Assembly (NCBI RefSeq): GCF_030144855.1
Contig: NC_082730.1
Span: 14,322,001 to 14,386,000 of the forward strand
DNA length: 64,000 nucleotides
Reading direction: 5' to 3'
DNA from: Hypanus sabinus
Taxonomy: Eukaryota
This document shows positions 49,401 to 62,262 of the stretch, in pieces (the first letter of the stretch is position 1; each line of letters opens with the position of its first letter). The translations under genes were made by a program, and so were the position numbers. The notes below the pieces were generated by a model. The model had not been told where the DNA came from. It saw only the letters and a program-made list of their open reading frames with translations, and did not search any database.

Positions 49401-50398
49401 GTGTTCCAGAACTAGATGGTGCAGCCTCAAAGTTGAGGGGTGACCCTTTGAACAGATGAAAGGAAGAATACTTTTAGCCCGACGGTGGTAGGTTTGTGGA
49501 ATGCTCTGCTACAGACTGCGGTGGAGGCAAGTCTGTGGGTATATTTAAGGTGGAAGTTGAGAGTTTTCTAATCGGTCAGGGCATCAAAGGAAGTGGCGAG
49601 GGCAGGAGTGTGGGGTTGGGTGGGACCTGGGATTAGCCATGATGGAATGGTGGAGCAGACTCTATGAACAGAATGGCCTAATTCTGCTCCTATGTCTAAT
49701 GGTCTATTATATATTAATTTATGTATTTTATCTGCACAGTTTGCCTTCCTTTGCACATCATTTGTTTCTCCATACTTGTGTGTCCTGTTTCATTGATTCT
49801 GTTGGATTTCTTTGTCCTGCTCTGAATGTCTGCAACAAAATGAATGTCAGGGAAGATAGATCCGTTGACATTAACATATTTTGATAATAAATTTACCATG
49901 TACATTTTGAACCTTGATCACATGCATGATCGCTGGTCTTTTGTAACAGATTTTGTAGAAATGGAGTTAGAACGAGACTAAAGCATGAACATTTCCAATC
50001 ACTGTACAAAGGTCTTAAAGGAGAACGAGCAATGGAAATAGAAGTTGGGTGCTGAATAAAATGTGTGAGCTGCAAATAATTGCAGCTTGCATCCGTCATC
50101 AGGGTGTGAATCTGCAAATGGAAGGTGTAACTTTTCTCAGTACTGATCTGTGACTGTAACCCATGAGTGTACAATGAAGGGTCGTAAATTATTGTCATTA
50201 TATTCAGTGTAGTATATGGTGACATGTATGTACTCTACTTTGATAATCAACTTAATCTGAATTTTGAACTTTGAAATGCCTCACTGACTAGGAGGAATGT
50301 GACACAATATCCTTCACCTGCTGTGTGAGAATGTGAAGTATTAACACCAGACTCTGTTTGGAGCTTGTTACATCTTCAGGTCAGAGTCACCTGATAGT

Positions 50399-51803
50399 AA
50401 ACACAAAGAACACTGAAGATGCTGTGGTCAAATCAACACGTACAAACAAGCTGGATGAACTCAACTGGTCGGGCAGCATCCGTTGAAATGAGCAGTCAAC
50501 GTTTTGGGCCGAGACCCTTCGTCAGGACTGAAGAAGTGGGAGCAGGGGCCCGATAAAGAAGGTGGGGGGGGGCAGGGTGGCAGGTGAAAAATCAGAGTAA
50601 AGATCAAGGGGTGGGGGAGGGAAAGCAGGAATGGGATAGGCCAGAGTGGTGAAGAAGGAATGTAAGGGGAAAGCACTTTGGGTAGTAGAAGGTGGCAGAA
50701 TCATGAGAGAGGTGATAGGCAGCTAGAAGAGGAGGCAGAGTGAAAGTAGGATGGTGGAAGGAAGAGGGAGGGAATTACTGGAAATCATCAACGATGCCCT
50801 CACCTGCATCTCCTCCGTTTCCCGCACTTCGGCCCTCACCCCATCTTCCCATCACCACAGCAGAGACCGTGTTCCCCTTGTCCTCATGTACCACCTCACC
50901 AGTCTCCGGATCCGGCATGTTATCCTCCGCAACTTCTGCCACCTTCAACAGGACCCCACCACTAAGGACATCTTTCCCTCTCTACCCCTCTCTGCTTTTC
51001 GCAGTGATTGTTTACTCTGCGACTGCCTGGTCCACACGTCCCACCCCACAGATCTCCCACCTGGTACTTATCCATGTAAGTGCAAGTGCTACACCTGTCC
51101 CTACACCTCCTCTTACCACCATTCAGGGCCCCAAACAGTCCTGCCAGGTGAGGCAACACTTCACTTGTGAGTCTGTTGGGGTCAACTATTGCATCCGGTG
51201 CTCCCGGTGCGGCCTCCTCTACATTACCGAGACCCGATGCAGATTAGGGGACCGCTTCATTGAGCACTTCCACTCCATCCGCCACAACAGACAGGATCTC
51301 CCGGTTGCCACCTGCTTCAACTCCGCTTCACATTCCCATTCGGATATGTCCATACACGGCCTCCTCTACTGCTATGATGAGGCCAAACTCAGGTTGGAGG
51401 AGAAACGCCTTATACCATCTGGGTAGCCTCCAGCCCCTTGGTATGAACATCGAACTCTCCAACTTCCGGTAATTCCCTCCCTCTCCGTTCCCCCATCCCA
51501 TTTTCACTCTGTCTCCTCTTCTAGCAGCCTATCACCTCTCTCATGATTCTGTCGCCTTCTACTACCCATAGTGCTTTCCCCTTGCATTCTTCCTGCACCT
51601 CTCTGGCCTATCCCATCCCTGCTTCCCCTCCCCTACCCCTTGGTCTTTCCTCTGATTGATTTTTCACCTGGCACCTTCCAGCCTCCCACCCCAACCATCT
51701 TTATAGGGCCCCTGCTCCCTCCTTCAGTCCTGACAAAGGGTCTCGGCTCAAAACATTGACTGCTCATTTCAATGGATGCTGCCCGACCTGCTGAGTTCAC
51801 CCA
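50399..51803 (+). mobile_element. Penelope-like element with inverted 5' pLTR
   Basis: GIY-YIG region FTCESVGVNYCIRCSRCGLLYITETRCRLGDRFIEH. ~50450-50780 is the reverse complement of ~51460-51800. A degenerate TSD gtcacctgatagt/gttacctgacggt flanks it, and paralogous empty sites lie near 43190 and 18000. Confidence 0.9.
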
Positions 51804-54800
51804 GTGTTACCTGACGGTGTTAATTATCCAGAGATAATTCCAGCTGCACTGGTCTGACTTGTAAATCTCAACATGTTCATCCTGAGCTGGTTAATGGTCT
51901 GAGAAAACAGACTTGTTTTGTTTTTTTCTGCTGCAAAAATGACATTTCACATCAGAAGACAGTGAGAGTAACCAGATTCTGATTCTGAAAGGGACCCTTT
52001 CCCTTTCCAAGAACATCCCAAACCAATTCACAAAGTGGATACTTGGAACCTGTGTTCCTTTACTTCTTTCACAAAACAGAATTTAGGGAAAAACCAGAAG
52101 ATGCCTCATGTAAACTAATTGTTCTGACCTTTTCCTGCGATGCCCCATCTTTTAAGATCATAAGACCAGAAAACTGTAAGACAAAATGACATAGGAATAG
52201 AATTAGGCCATTCAGCCCATTCAGTCTGCTCTGCCATGCTATGATGGCTGTTTTATTACACCCTCAACCACATTTTGCTTGTAACTTTTGACACTCTTAC
52301 CAATCCATAACCTATCAAACTCCATTTTAAATATACCCAAAGACTTGGCCTCCACTGTCGTCTGTGGAAATGAATTCCACAGATTCAGTATCCTCTGATT
52401 AAAGAAATTCCCTCTCATCTCTGTTTTAAAGGGATGTCTTTTTATTCTCAGACTGTGTCCTCTGCTCTGAGACTCCCCATTACAGGAACATCCTCTCCAC
52501 ATATATGCCATCCAGGTTCTGGGCCTTCACTATTGAAGAGGTTTCAATGACAACTCCCCTCATTCTTCTAAACTCCAATGAGTACAAGCCTAGACCATCA
52601 AACACTCCTCATACACTAACCCTTTTACTTATGTGTAGTTCTCCAATTACAGTACGTACTTTTATTGATACGAAGCCAAAATTGTTCACCATATTCCAAG
52701 TGTGGTCTGACTAATGCATTATAACACTTCAGTTCTTGGATATAATCTCAATATCCAAATAGAAAACATTTTAATATCCTACCATTGCATCTACAGTTAT
52801 GCACAGCAGTGGGATTAGTATTTAACATAATCATTAAAGGCCTTTTCAATTTTCTTCACCAAATTGTTACTGTTATTCAGTAATCTAGTTGCTGAAACAG
52901 AAACTCTTTGCTGAAGATGTATCTCAGCACTTGTTCTCATCAGCATATTGAACCACGTTTGTTGAGAAGTTTTCCAAGAAGAGATGGGGCAATGTAGGAA
53001 CAGGCCAGAACTGTCACAACCACAAATTCAGCATTACAGCATATACGGCAGTTGTTTTCATGAATATGCACATGTCTGTTAACTATTATTTCAATGTGAT
53101 GGTATTTCAGTCCATTCTTTTCATCTTAGTGCTTGTTGAGACGTGAGCAAAGCACAGCAATGTTTCGTTGCCTGCTTCCATTCAGTCAAGCCTGAGAAAT
53201 TGGACTATCGGGTCAACTGACTCTGAAGACTAGCAGTATTCATTTTTTATTTAATTATTCCTTTCAGCACAGTGTTGTCTTAATTTCAATTTGAGAGTTT
53301 TAGTTAACAACCCTGTTTGGCTTAGCATTTATCATTTTATTCCTCTATATCTGTTTGCATAAAGGTCTGTGAACTATCGACCTTCTTCAGTGTCTCTCAC
53401 TCCTCACATGGGCCATTTCTGAACATGGTGACAGGAATGATCTCTCAATGTGTAGCACCTGTTGTTACTTCTCTATATTCTGTTCGGGAAGACAAGTAAA
53501 GAAAACAGAAGTTCCAATCACAACCTTCACTGAGGGTGAACATTACACATATGACAGCAGTGACTGTGAAATAGAGTCAGCACTCATACTGTACAATGTA
53601 CAAAAATTAAGCAGACACACATTCAAGGTTAATATACTGCACTGTTTACCTCTCAAACAAACCCAACGTAACAAAAGCTCACCGTGTGTACTGAATTAAT
53701 TTATCATTTTTCAATGTGAAATATAGTGTTTATAAACAATTACAAAGTCAGCAAATAAAATTCAGGAAAATGTAAATCAGCCACTTTCTTGCATCAGCAC
53801 AACCCTCACACTACAATGAAATCAAAGGCAACAAACACAAAACGCTGGAGGAACTCAGCAGCTAAGGCAGCATCTATGGAAATGAACAGATAGTCAAGGT
53901 TTCATACATCTTCAGCTAATTTTGCAATCCACAGTATGCCGGTGATATGAAACCTGATTTTGATTCTGATTCTCTATTACTTCTCCAATATGTCTGACAT
54001 GTGAGAATTGTTATCACTTGTACTGAAGCTCTCCTCAGACTTCATCTGCCCCAGGGAATCACACAGCATGAATCTGGATAGATCACACTTTGGATAACAT
54101 TGAAAGCTCTAACCAGGTGAACAGAAATATTGGGAAGCTGGCAAATGAGAAGGTGAGCAAAGGTGTGCAGTTTCAGGGGTCAGGGAGACCATGGGAGTGA
54201 GATAGGAAAGGTAGAAACGTTTTCTCCTTTGACAAGTGTGAAATGTCCATTTACTGTGCTCTATTATTCTGTGGGAAATAGAAACAACAGGGATTGTCTA
54301 CTCACACAGATCATTTACTGTCAAGTGGAGTTGATTTGCTTTAAGAATGGATCTGATATGGACTTTACACCATTGTGAATGTGTAAAGCCATTCAGAAGG
54401 TTTCCTCTCAAATCTAACTGAAGCAAAGTGAAATCCCACCAGAGGTCACAAAAATTGCACTGACAGTTGGAACAGAATTCAGAATAGGTGAGCTTTTGAG
54501 GTTGAAAGAGAAGAGAGAATGAAGCCAAGTATGTTTGCAGAGTTTGCAGGAAAAGCCCCTTCTACACCTCACTTATTTCCCACTTTGCTCCCTGCTCAGT
54601 AGCAAGTTCCCAAAAATTATCGCAATACAGGCAAAAAGCTGGTGGAACTCAGACGACCAGGCAGAATCTATAGAAAAGAGTCAACAATCAACCTTTCAGG
54701 CTGAGACGCTTCATCAAGACTCAAATCATGTCTTCCTCATGTGTTGTGTTTGATTAAATTATCATCAATGCAGGTCCACAAAGACGTACAAATCTTGGAT

Positions 54801-55489
54801 TGCAAGTCCATAACTCCCCGAGATTTGGAACAGAGGGAGATGGTAATGTAGGTGTTAAGGAGGTTTTCTGGCATGGGATGAGCAACGAGCATTCAAGAAT
54901 TCATATTGCAGAAGAGATTCACAAGATTGGTGCCTGTATTAGAAGCCCATAAGACCCAAAAGGCATTCAAGAAGAATTAGGCCTTCTCAACCCCGTTCTC
55001 CTGCCTTACCCCATAACCTTTGATGCCTTTACAAATCAAGAACCTATCAACCTTATATACTCTGAGGCTCTGCCTTCTGGTGGTAGACTCGCTTACTGCA
55101 GGAAATATTCTCTCCACATCCACTCACTCAAGGCCTTTCAATATTCAATAGGTTTCTACGAGATTCTGTCTCATTATTCCAGTGAGTATATTTTAAGTCA
55201 AGGAAAAAATAAAACTTCTGGAGGAACTTCTGGAATCATGTGGGTATCTGTGGAGGCAGAGTGGTCAACATTTCAGATTAATCCCCTGTTTCAGGACACC
55301 TCCAGCTATTTACTGTTCATTCAGATTAGAACATCTACTGTAGCTTGTGTCAAATATTTCAACTCTCCTCACCATTTTGTTCAGTCTTTATGAATTGTTT
55401 AAGTATTTGTCTTGCTAAATATACCGAAAAGCTTTCCGGATTGTCACGTACTGCACACCAGTTGTGTCACCCTTGGTTTTTTTGATTAA

Positions 55490-55516
55490 ACTTCCTGCTG
55501 TCTTCTTCCTCATTTT
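55490..55516. promoter_or_regulatory. Candidate ETS (ACTTCCTG) and PU.1-like (CTTCCTCATTTT) sites upstream of the intact leader; alternatively a 5'UTR splice acceptor tract
   Basis: Motifs lie 65-90 bp upstream of the ATG. The PU.1-like motif is also present in copies 1 and 2 and altered in copy 3. Confidence 0.35.
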
Positions 55517-55580
55517 TATTTCACAGTTATTTCTCTCTGAGGACAGATAGGTCCTGGCTGGGTCTCTGTGAATAAAAAAA

Positions 55581-55617
55581 ATGTGGACTTCAATTGTCCT
55601 GATTGGTTTCCTACCTG
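55581..55617 (+). CDS. MDIR-like/CD300-pIgR-like receptor (copy 4), exon 1: signal peptide MWTSIVLIGFLP
   Basis: ATG at 55581 and donor G|GTAAGT. Splices in phase 1 to give ...FLP-VSG-ALWAE. Confidence 0.85.
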
Positions 55618-56968
55618 GTAAGTGACAAATTTTGCTGGACGTTTGCATAGTCAGTGTTGGTTTGGGTGTCATACACCATTTGCAGAACAGTACTTGAAAA
55701 CCCGTAGACACAGAAGAGATGAGAAATTGGAGTTCAGAGTGCACGCTGGAGGAACTCAACGGCTCAAGCAGCATCTGTTAGGGGGAGGGGAATTGGCTAA
55801 GATTTTTCTGTGACACTGCCTCAAATGTGAGTGGAGAGTATAAGTAGGAGAGGGGGAAGTGTGAGGTTGGATCCACTAGGGGGTCGGGGACTTAGGAGGG
55901 GTGAAGCATGACAGGCAACAGGAATGGAGAGGAAAAGGGGTGGACTTTGGAGATGCATAAGAGGAGGAAGCAGATAAGAAGAAAAAGGAGATAGTGTGCA
56001 GTCAGGTGAGGGAAGAATATACATATATTCTGCTGATGGAATCTAGAGGCTGTTAAGTGGGAACATCAGGTTTATTGGAAACTGATCTCACTTTGTAGGG
56101 ATCACTACGTAAATGGACTTTATTCTCTTGATATCAATATCTTTCCTGGGCCATTCCAGTGGGGCAATTAGTAAAGAACATTACTAGATATGGAGTCACA
56201 GGTAAACCAGGGTGGGGAGGGATGAGAGATTTCTGTCCTTAAAGGCCTTTCTGATCCAGATGGGATTTTGACAATCTGGTAGTTGATCACTATCATTATG
56301 GATATGTGGTTTTTAATTCCAGAAATAATAAATTAGATTTAAACACACAGTATATCCCAGCAGAAATTGAAATCACACCTGGATTTCTAGACACTAAAGT
56401 GGTAATGACCACTGTTACACCACCTTCTAAGTTCCCATAGAAATGTCTGACAGATAGAAATATAAAATTTCCATCAGAACCAGAGGGCACAGTTTCAGAG
56501 TTCATGAGGAGTTTCTTTCTGCAGCTAATAAACGTCGTAAGTGAGGAGGAAGTCAGGACATCGGCATCATAGAGAGAACCGAACCATACCCTCACAAAAC
56601 TCCATGTAGAGTAGCGCTATCTATCCCAAATAAATTGCCTGGGATCTTTGTGGACATTTGAACGTGCAGCAAGATCTGAGGTAATTTATAATTCAATGTT
56701 GCAGCTCTCCCTCTAACTGTACTGGATGGTTAACCCTGGTTTCTGCTCAGGACTCTGGAGTGGGAAGTGAACCCACAATGTACTGACACAGGGGAGAGAG
56801 CACTGACACAGTAACAGCACTGACTGCACTTCACACCAAAATCATTGGCTGTGGTGTCATGGACGACATGTTGGACGTGACCTGGACCTGTTTTTACCGT
56901 GATGTTCAAAGTTAGTTGTTTGAATTAAGTTGTTCTTTCCCCTTCAAATCTGAAGATGTCTCCCTCAG

Positions 56969-57289
56969 TTTCAGGTGCATTGTGGGCAGAGAAATATGTA
57001 AGAGGAGTTGTGGGAAGAGCGATCACAATCGATTGTCACTATGAAGCAAAGTACCGTTCCCACACAAAGTATTGGTGCCATGGATGGACAAACCTATGTT
57101 CAGTTTTAGTGGAAACAAAAGGGCAACACGGACAGAGTGGACGAGTGTCAATCACAGATAACCCGGAACGGGGAATATTTACTGTTACTATGAAGAATCC
57201 TCACTCTGGAGATACAGGATGGTACAGCTGTGGAATTACAGAACGAGGTATCGATCCAAAGTTTAGTGTACATTTACAAGTATCTGAAG
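56969..57289 (+). CDS. Receptor copy 4, exon 2: CD300/pIgR-like Ig V domain, intact
   Basis: 321 nt, phase 1-1, open: GALWAEKYVRGVVGRAITIDCHYEAKYRSHTKYWCHGWTNLCSVLVETKGQHGQSGRVSITDNPERGIFTVTMKNPHSGDTGWYSCGITERGIDPKFSVHLQVSE. It has the canonical C/W/DxGxYxC plus the extra YWC-x6-C pair typical of CD300/pIgR/TREM V domains. Confidence 0.92.
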
Positions 57290-58227
57290 GTAGGTTTCTC
57301 AGTGATTGACTTTGGGCTTTCTGTAAAGTAAATGTCCCATCCATGTTTCCTCTGGGAAGGGTCAGTGCATTAGTTGTCCTGGGAAGTGATGACGTGCCTA
57401 TCCCAGGTTCGAGCTTGTAGAATGGAGAAATGCCCATTTCATGGATGTGTCCGAAGAACAGCAATCTCCTCCTAATACTGATCAGCCTCTGCACAGATTA
57501 CAAGATCTTTGTCCAGACCCTGCCCATCCCTCACTATCTCTGCATCAATATCAGTGCCAAATGTTTCCCTCTCTACAGCAGGTCACTGAACCCAGTCACA
57601 ATTTCATTTTCTCCTGACAGTCTCCAAACACGTGTCTATATACTCAATGGCCAATTCCTTAGGACCCTCCTCTGCCTAATAAAGTGGCCACTGAGTTTAT
57701 CGTTATGGTCTTCTGCTGCTATGGCCGATGCATTTCAAGGTTTGATCTGTTGTGTGTCCAGATGCTCTTCTGCACACCACTGACATAAAACGTGGTTATC
57801 TGTATTTTTGTCATCTTTCTGTCAGCTAGAACCAGTCTGGCCATTGATCTTTTTTTTAATCCATTTTTATCCATTTTTATCCATTTTTTATCCTTTTTTT
57901 TGAATCGGGAGCAAGTTACAGCTTGTGATTCAGCTGGGAGCTCAGAGAATTCAAACGTGTAGGTAGGATTTAAGCCTACCTGGTCAATACCTGTGGAGGA
58001 GGGGGAACTGCGCAGGCGCGAGTGACGTCAGCATCGAGCGCGCGCACTTTAAAAGGCAGGACTTCTTTTCAGAGCGGGCAGTGGAGTCCGTGGAAGCAGA
58101 GTCCTGGGCTTTGGCTAAGTGGGCTTCGGCGTAAGGGGGCTTCGGTAAGCCTGTGTGATTGCTCGCTGAGGGGAAGAAGGTAAGGTCGCTAGGTGCTTTT
58201 TAGACATTCTATTAATCCAGTTCAGGT

Positions 58228-59175
58228 ATGGGGGAGACAGTCAGAGCAGTGGTGTGCTCCGTATGCAGTATGTGGGAAGTCAGGGTCAACACAGTTGTCC
58301 CTGATGACCACACCTGCAATAGGTGCGTCCAGCTGCAGCTCCTATCAGCCCGAGTTAGGGAGTTGGAGCTGGAGCTGGATGAACTACGGATCATTCGGAA
58401 GGTGGAGGCAGAGATAGATAGGAGTTATCAGGAGGTAGTCACACAAAAAAACCAAGAAGTAGGCAGATGGGTGACGGTCCAGAGAGGCAGGGGGAGCAGG
58501 CAGAGAGAGCAGAGCACCCCTGCGGCCATTCCCATTAACAATAAGTATACCGTACTGGATACTGTTGATGGGGATGACCTACCAGGAATGAGTTGTAGTG
58601 GTCCTGCCTCTGGCACAGAGGTTGAACCCTCAACTAGAAAGGGGAGGAGGGAAGAGAAGAGAGCGATAGTTTTAGGGGACTCTATAGTTAGGGGGGCAGA
58701 TAGGAGATTTTGTGGGGCAGATCGGGAGTCTCGGATGGTATGTTGCCTCCCTGGTGCCAGGGTCCGGGACATCTCAGATCGGGTGCAGGCTATTCTTGAG
58801 AATGAGGGCATGAACCCAGATGTAGTGGTCCATGTAGGGACCAACGATGTAGGTAAGGTGAGTGAGGTGGTCCTGCTTAGAGAGTTCAGGGAGTTAGGAG
58901 TGAAGCTGAAAGGCAGGACCTCCAGGGTGACAATCTCGGGATTGCTACCTGTGCCACGTGCGAGTGAGGCGAAGAATAGAATGATTATGCACATTAATAC
59001 GAGGCTGAGAGCATGGTGCAGGAAGGAAGGGTTCAGGTTTTTGGATAATTGGTCTTTGTTCCAGGGACATTGGGATCTGTTTCGAAGGGATGGTCTACAT
59101 CTGAACCGGAGGGGTACTAACATTCTTGCAGGAGTATTTGCCAGTGCTGCTCGGGGGGGGGGGGGGTTAAACTAG
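58228..59175 (+). CDS. CR1 ORF1 protein (N-terminal zinc finger + SGNH esterase domain), intact 315 aa
   Basis: CSVCSMW..C.RC, then IVLGDSIVRG..CLPGARV..VVVHVGTND..DGLHLN. Confidence 0.88.
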   Translation: MGETVRAVVCSVCSMWEVRVNTVVPDDHTCNRCVQLQLLSARVRELELELDELRIIRKVEAEIDRSYQEVVTQKNQEVGRWVTVQRGRGSRQREQSTPAAIPINNKYTVLDTVDGDDLPGMSCSGPASGTEVEPSTRKGRREEKRAIVLGDSIVRGADRRFCGADRESRMVCCLPGARVRDISDRVQAILENEGMNPDVVVHVGTNDVGKVSEVVLLREFRELGVKLKGRTSRVTISGLLPVPRASEAKNRMIMHINTRLRAWCRKEGFRFLDNWSLFQGHWDLFRRDGLHLNRRGTNILAGVFASAARGGGGLN

Positions 59176-59177
59176 AT

Positions 59178-62166
59178 GTGCAGGGGGCAGGGATCCAGAT
59201 CCAGAGGGTTGGTCAGAAGGTGCATGGGGTTAAATGTGTACAAGGTTTGGGTGATCTTGAGAAGGTCATCAAAATTCAGGGTGCAATTTGCCCGATGGAA
59301 GTTCAAGGAGCTGGGTTAGGTACAGTAGACAGTGTTTTAAGCAAAGAGAGGAGGAATGGGCTAAGAATTTTATATTGAATGAGCGTAGTGTCAGAAATAA
59401 GACAGATGAGTTTGAAGCTCAGATGAAAATGGGGAACTACGATATTGTTGGGATAACGGAGACATGGCTGCAAGGGGATCAGGCCTGGGAATTGAGTGTA
59501 CCAGGTTATACGTGCTATCGTAGAGACAGAAATATGGGAAGAGGGGGTGGGGTGGCCCTGTTGGTGAGGAATGAGATTCAGTCCTTAGCAAGAGGTGACT
59601 TGGGAATGGGAAGTAGAGTCTGTGTGGATTGAGCTGAGGAACAGTGAGGGTAAAAAGACCCTAATGGGTGTTGTGTACAGGCCCCCAAACAGTAGCGTGG
59701 ATATTGGGTACAAGTTGATTAGGGAGTTAACATTGGCATGTGCTAAAGGTAATGCAGTCATTATGGGAGATTTCAATATGGAGGTGAACTGGGAGAATCA
59801 GGTAGGTGCTGGACCCCAGGATAGGGAGTTTGTGAAGTGTCTAAGGGATGTATTTTTGGAACAGCTTGTGCTTGAGCCAACCAGGAACAAGGCTATTTTG
59901 GAATTGGTGATGTGTAATGAACAGGAATTGATAAGTGATCTTGAAGTAAAGGAGCCATTAGGAAGTAGTGATCATAACATGTTAAGTTTTTATCTACAAT
60001 TTGAGAGGGATAAGGGCAGATCAGAGGTGTCAGTGTTGCAATTAAATAAAGGAGACTACGGAGCCATGAGGGAAGAGCTGGCCAAAGTTAAATGGGCGGA
60101 TGCCCTGGCAGGAAAGACAGTGGATCAGCAGTGGCAGATATTCTTGGGCATAATACAAAAGATGCAAATGCAGTTCATTCCAATGAGAAGGAAGGATTCA
60201 AAGAGGGGGAAGGGGCCACAGTGGTTGACAAAGGAAGTCAGAGATTGTATAGCATTAAAGAAAAAGAAGTATGACAGGGCTAAGATGAGTGGGAATACAG
60301 ATGATTGGGAAAGTTTTAAGGAACAGCAGATCTTAACTAAAAAAGCAATACGGAGAGAAAAAAATCAGGTATGAGCTCAGTCTAGCCAGGAATATAAAAG
60401 GGGATAGCAAAAACTTTTTTAGCTATGTGAAGAGAAAGAAGATAGTTAAGAACAATGTTGGCCCCTTGAAGAATGAATTGGGAGAAATTGTTATGGGAAA
60501 CAGGGAAATGGCAACAGAATTTAATGCATACTTTAGATCTGTCTTCACCAGGGAGGACACAAGCAATCTCCCAGATGTATGGATGAGCCAGGGTCATAAG
60601 ATATCAGAGGAATTGAGACAGATTGACATTAGGAAGGATACTGTGATGAGTCCACTGGTAGGACTGAAGGCTAATAAATCCCCGGGTCCAGATGGTCTGC
60701 ATCCGAGGGTTCTAAAAGAGGTGGCTCAGGAAATTGCGGATGCATTGGTAATCATTTTCCAATGTTCCTTAGATTCAGGATCAGTTCCTGAAGATTGGAG
60801 AGTGGCTAATGTTGTCCCACTTTTCAAGAAGGGAGGGAAGGAGAAAACGGAGAACTATCGCCCTGTTAGCCTAACATCAGTCGTGGGGAAGATGCTTGAG
60901 TCCATTATTAAGGACAAAATAGTGGCACATCTAGATGGCAGAAATAGGATTAGGCCGAGCCAACATGGATTTACCAAGGGCAAATCATGCTTGACTAATC
61001 TGTTGGAGTTTTTTGAGGGTGTAACAAGGATGTTAGACGAGGGTAAGCCAGTGGATGTTGTGTACCTAGATTTTCAGAAGGCATTCGCTAAGGTGCCACA
61101 TAGGAGATTGGTGAGTAAAATCAGAGCTCATGGCATTGGGGGCAGGGTTTCAACATGGATAGAAAACTGGTTGGCAGATGGAAAGCAAAGGGTAGCAGTG
61201 AATGGGTGTTTCTCGGACTGGCTGGAGGTGACTAGTGGGGTACCACAGGGCTCTGTATTGGGACCACAGCTCTTTACGATTTATGTCAATGATTTAGATG
61301 AGGGCATTGAAAACTATATCAGCAAGTTTGCTGACGATACTAAACTGGGTGGCAGTGTGGCATGCGAAGAGGACGTTAGGAGAATACAGGGAGACTTGGA
61401 TAGGCTGGGTGAGTGGGCAGATTCTTGGCAGATGTCATTCAATGTGAATAAATGTGAAGTTATCCACTTTGGAAGTTGGAACAAGAGGGCAGAGTATTGT
61501 CTGAACGGTGTCGAGTTAGGTAAGGGAGAAATGCAAAGAGACCTAGGAGTCCTAGTTCACCAGTCAATGAAGGTGAATGAGCAAGTGCAACAGGCAGTGA
61601 AGAGGGCAAATGGAATGTTGGCCTTTGTTACAAGGGGAATTGAGTACAAGAGCAAGGATGTCCTTTTGCATTTGTACAGGGCCCTGGTGAGACCACACCT
61701 GGAATATTGTGTACAGTTTTGGTCTCCAGGTTTAAGGAAGGACATTCTGGCAATTGAGGAAGTGCAGCGTAGATTCACTAGGTTGATTCCTGGGATGGCA
61801 GGGCTGTCTTACGCAGAGAGATTGGAGAGATTGGGCTTGTACACGCTGGAATTCAGGAGATTGAGAGGGGATCTGATTGAAACATTTAAGATAATTAAAG
61901 GATTTGATAGGATTGAGGCAGGAAATATGTTCCAGATGTTGGGAGAGTCCAGTACCAGAGGGCATGGATTGAGAATAAGAGGTCAGTTATTTAAAACAGA
62001 GTTGAGGAAGAACTTCTTCTCCCAGAGAGTTGTGGAGGTGTGGAATGCACTGCCTCGGAAGACGGTGGAGGCCAATTCTCTGGATGCTTTCAAGAAGGAG
62101 CTGGATAGATATCTGATGGATAGGGGAATCAAGGGATATGGGGACAACGCAGGGACTGGGTATTGA
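59178..62166 (+). pseudogene. CR1 ORF2 (APE endonuclease + reverse transcriptase), frameshifted at ~59375, ~59603 and ~60363
   Basis: YDIVGITETW, GVVYRPP, MGDFN and GSSDHN, then PGPDG, NYRPVSLTS, GVPQGSVLGP and KFADDTKLG. The final segment 60427-62166 is open. Confidence 0.9.
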
Positions 62167-62262
62167 TAGTGAATGATCAGCCATGATCTCAGAATGGCGG
62201 TGCAGACTCGAGGGGCCGAATGGTCTACTTCTGCACCTATTGTCTATTGTCATCTCTGACCT

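Larger units (their letters stand above)
57850..62250 (+). mobile_element. Near full-length, young CR1 LINE in intron 2 of receptor copy 4 (sense orientation)
   Basis: GC-rich 5' UTR, intact ORF1, ORF2 (APE+RT) broken by three frameshifts, and CR1 3' end with (ctattgt)n tail. Boundaries approximate. Confidence 0.93.

Noticed and set aside
58428-59123. 231-aa minus-strand ORF
   Set aside because: Antisense shadow of CR1 ORF1 with no independent motifs.
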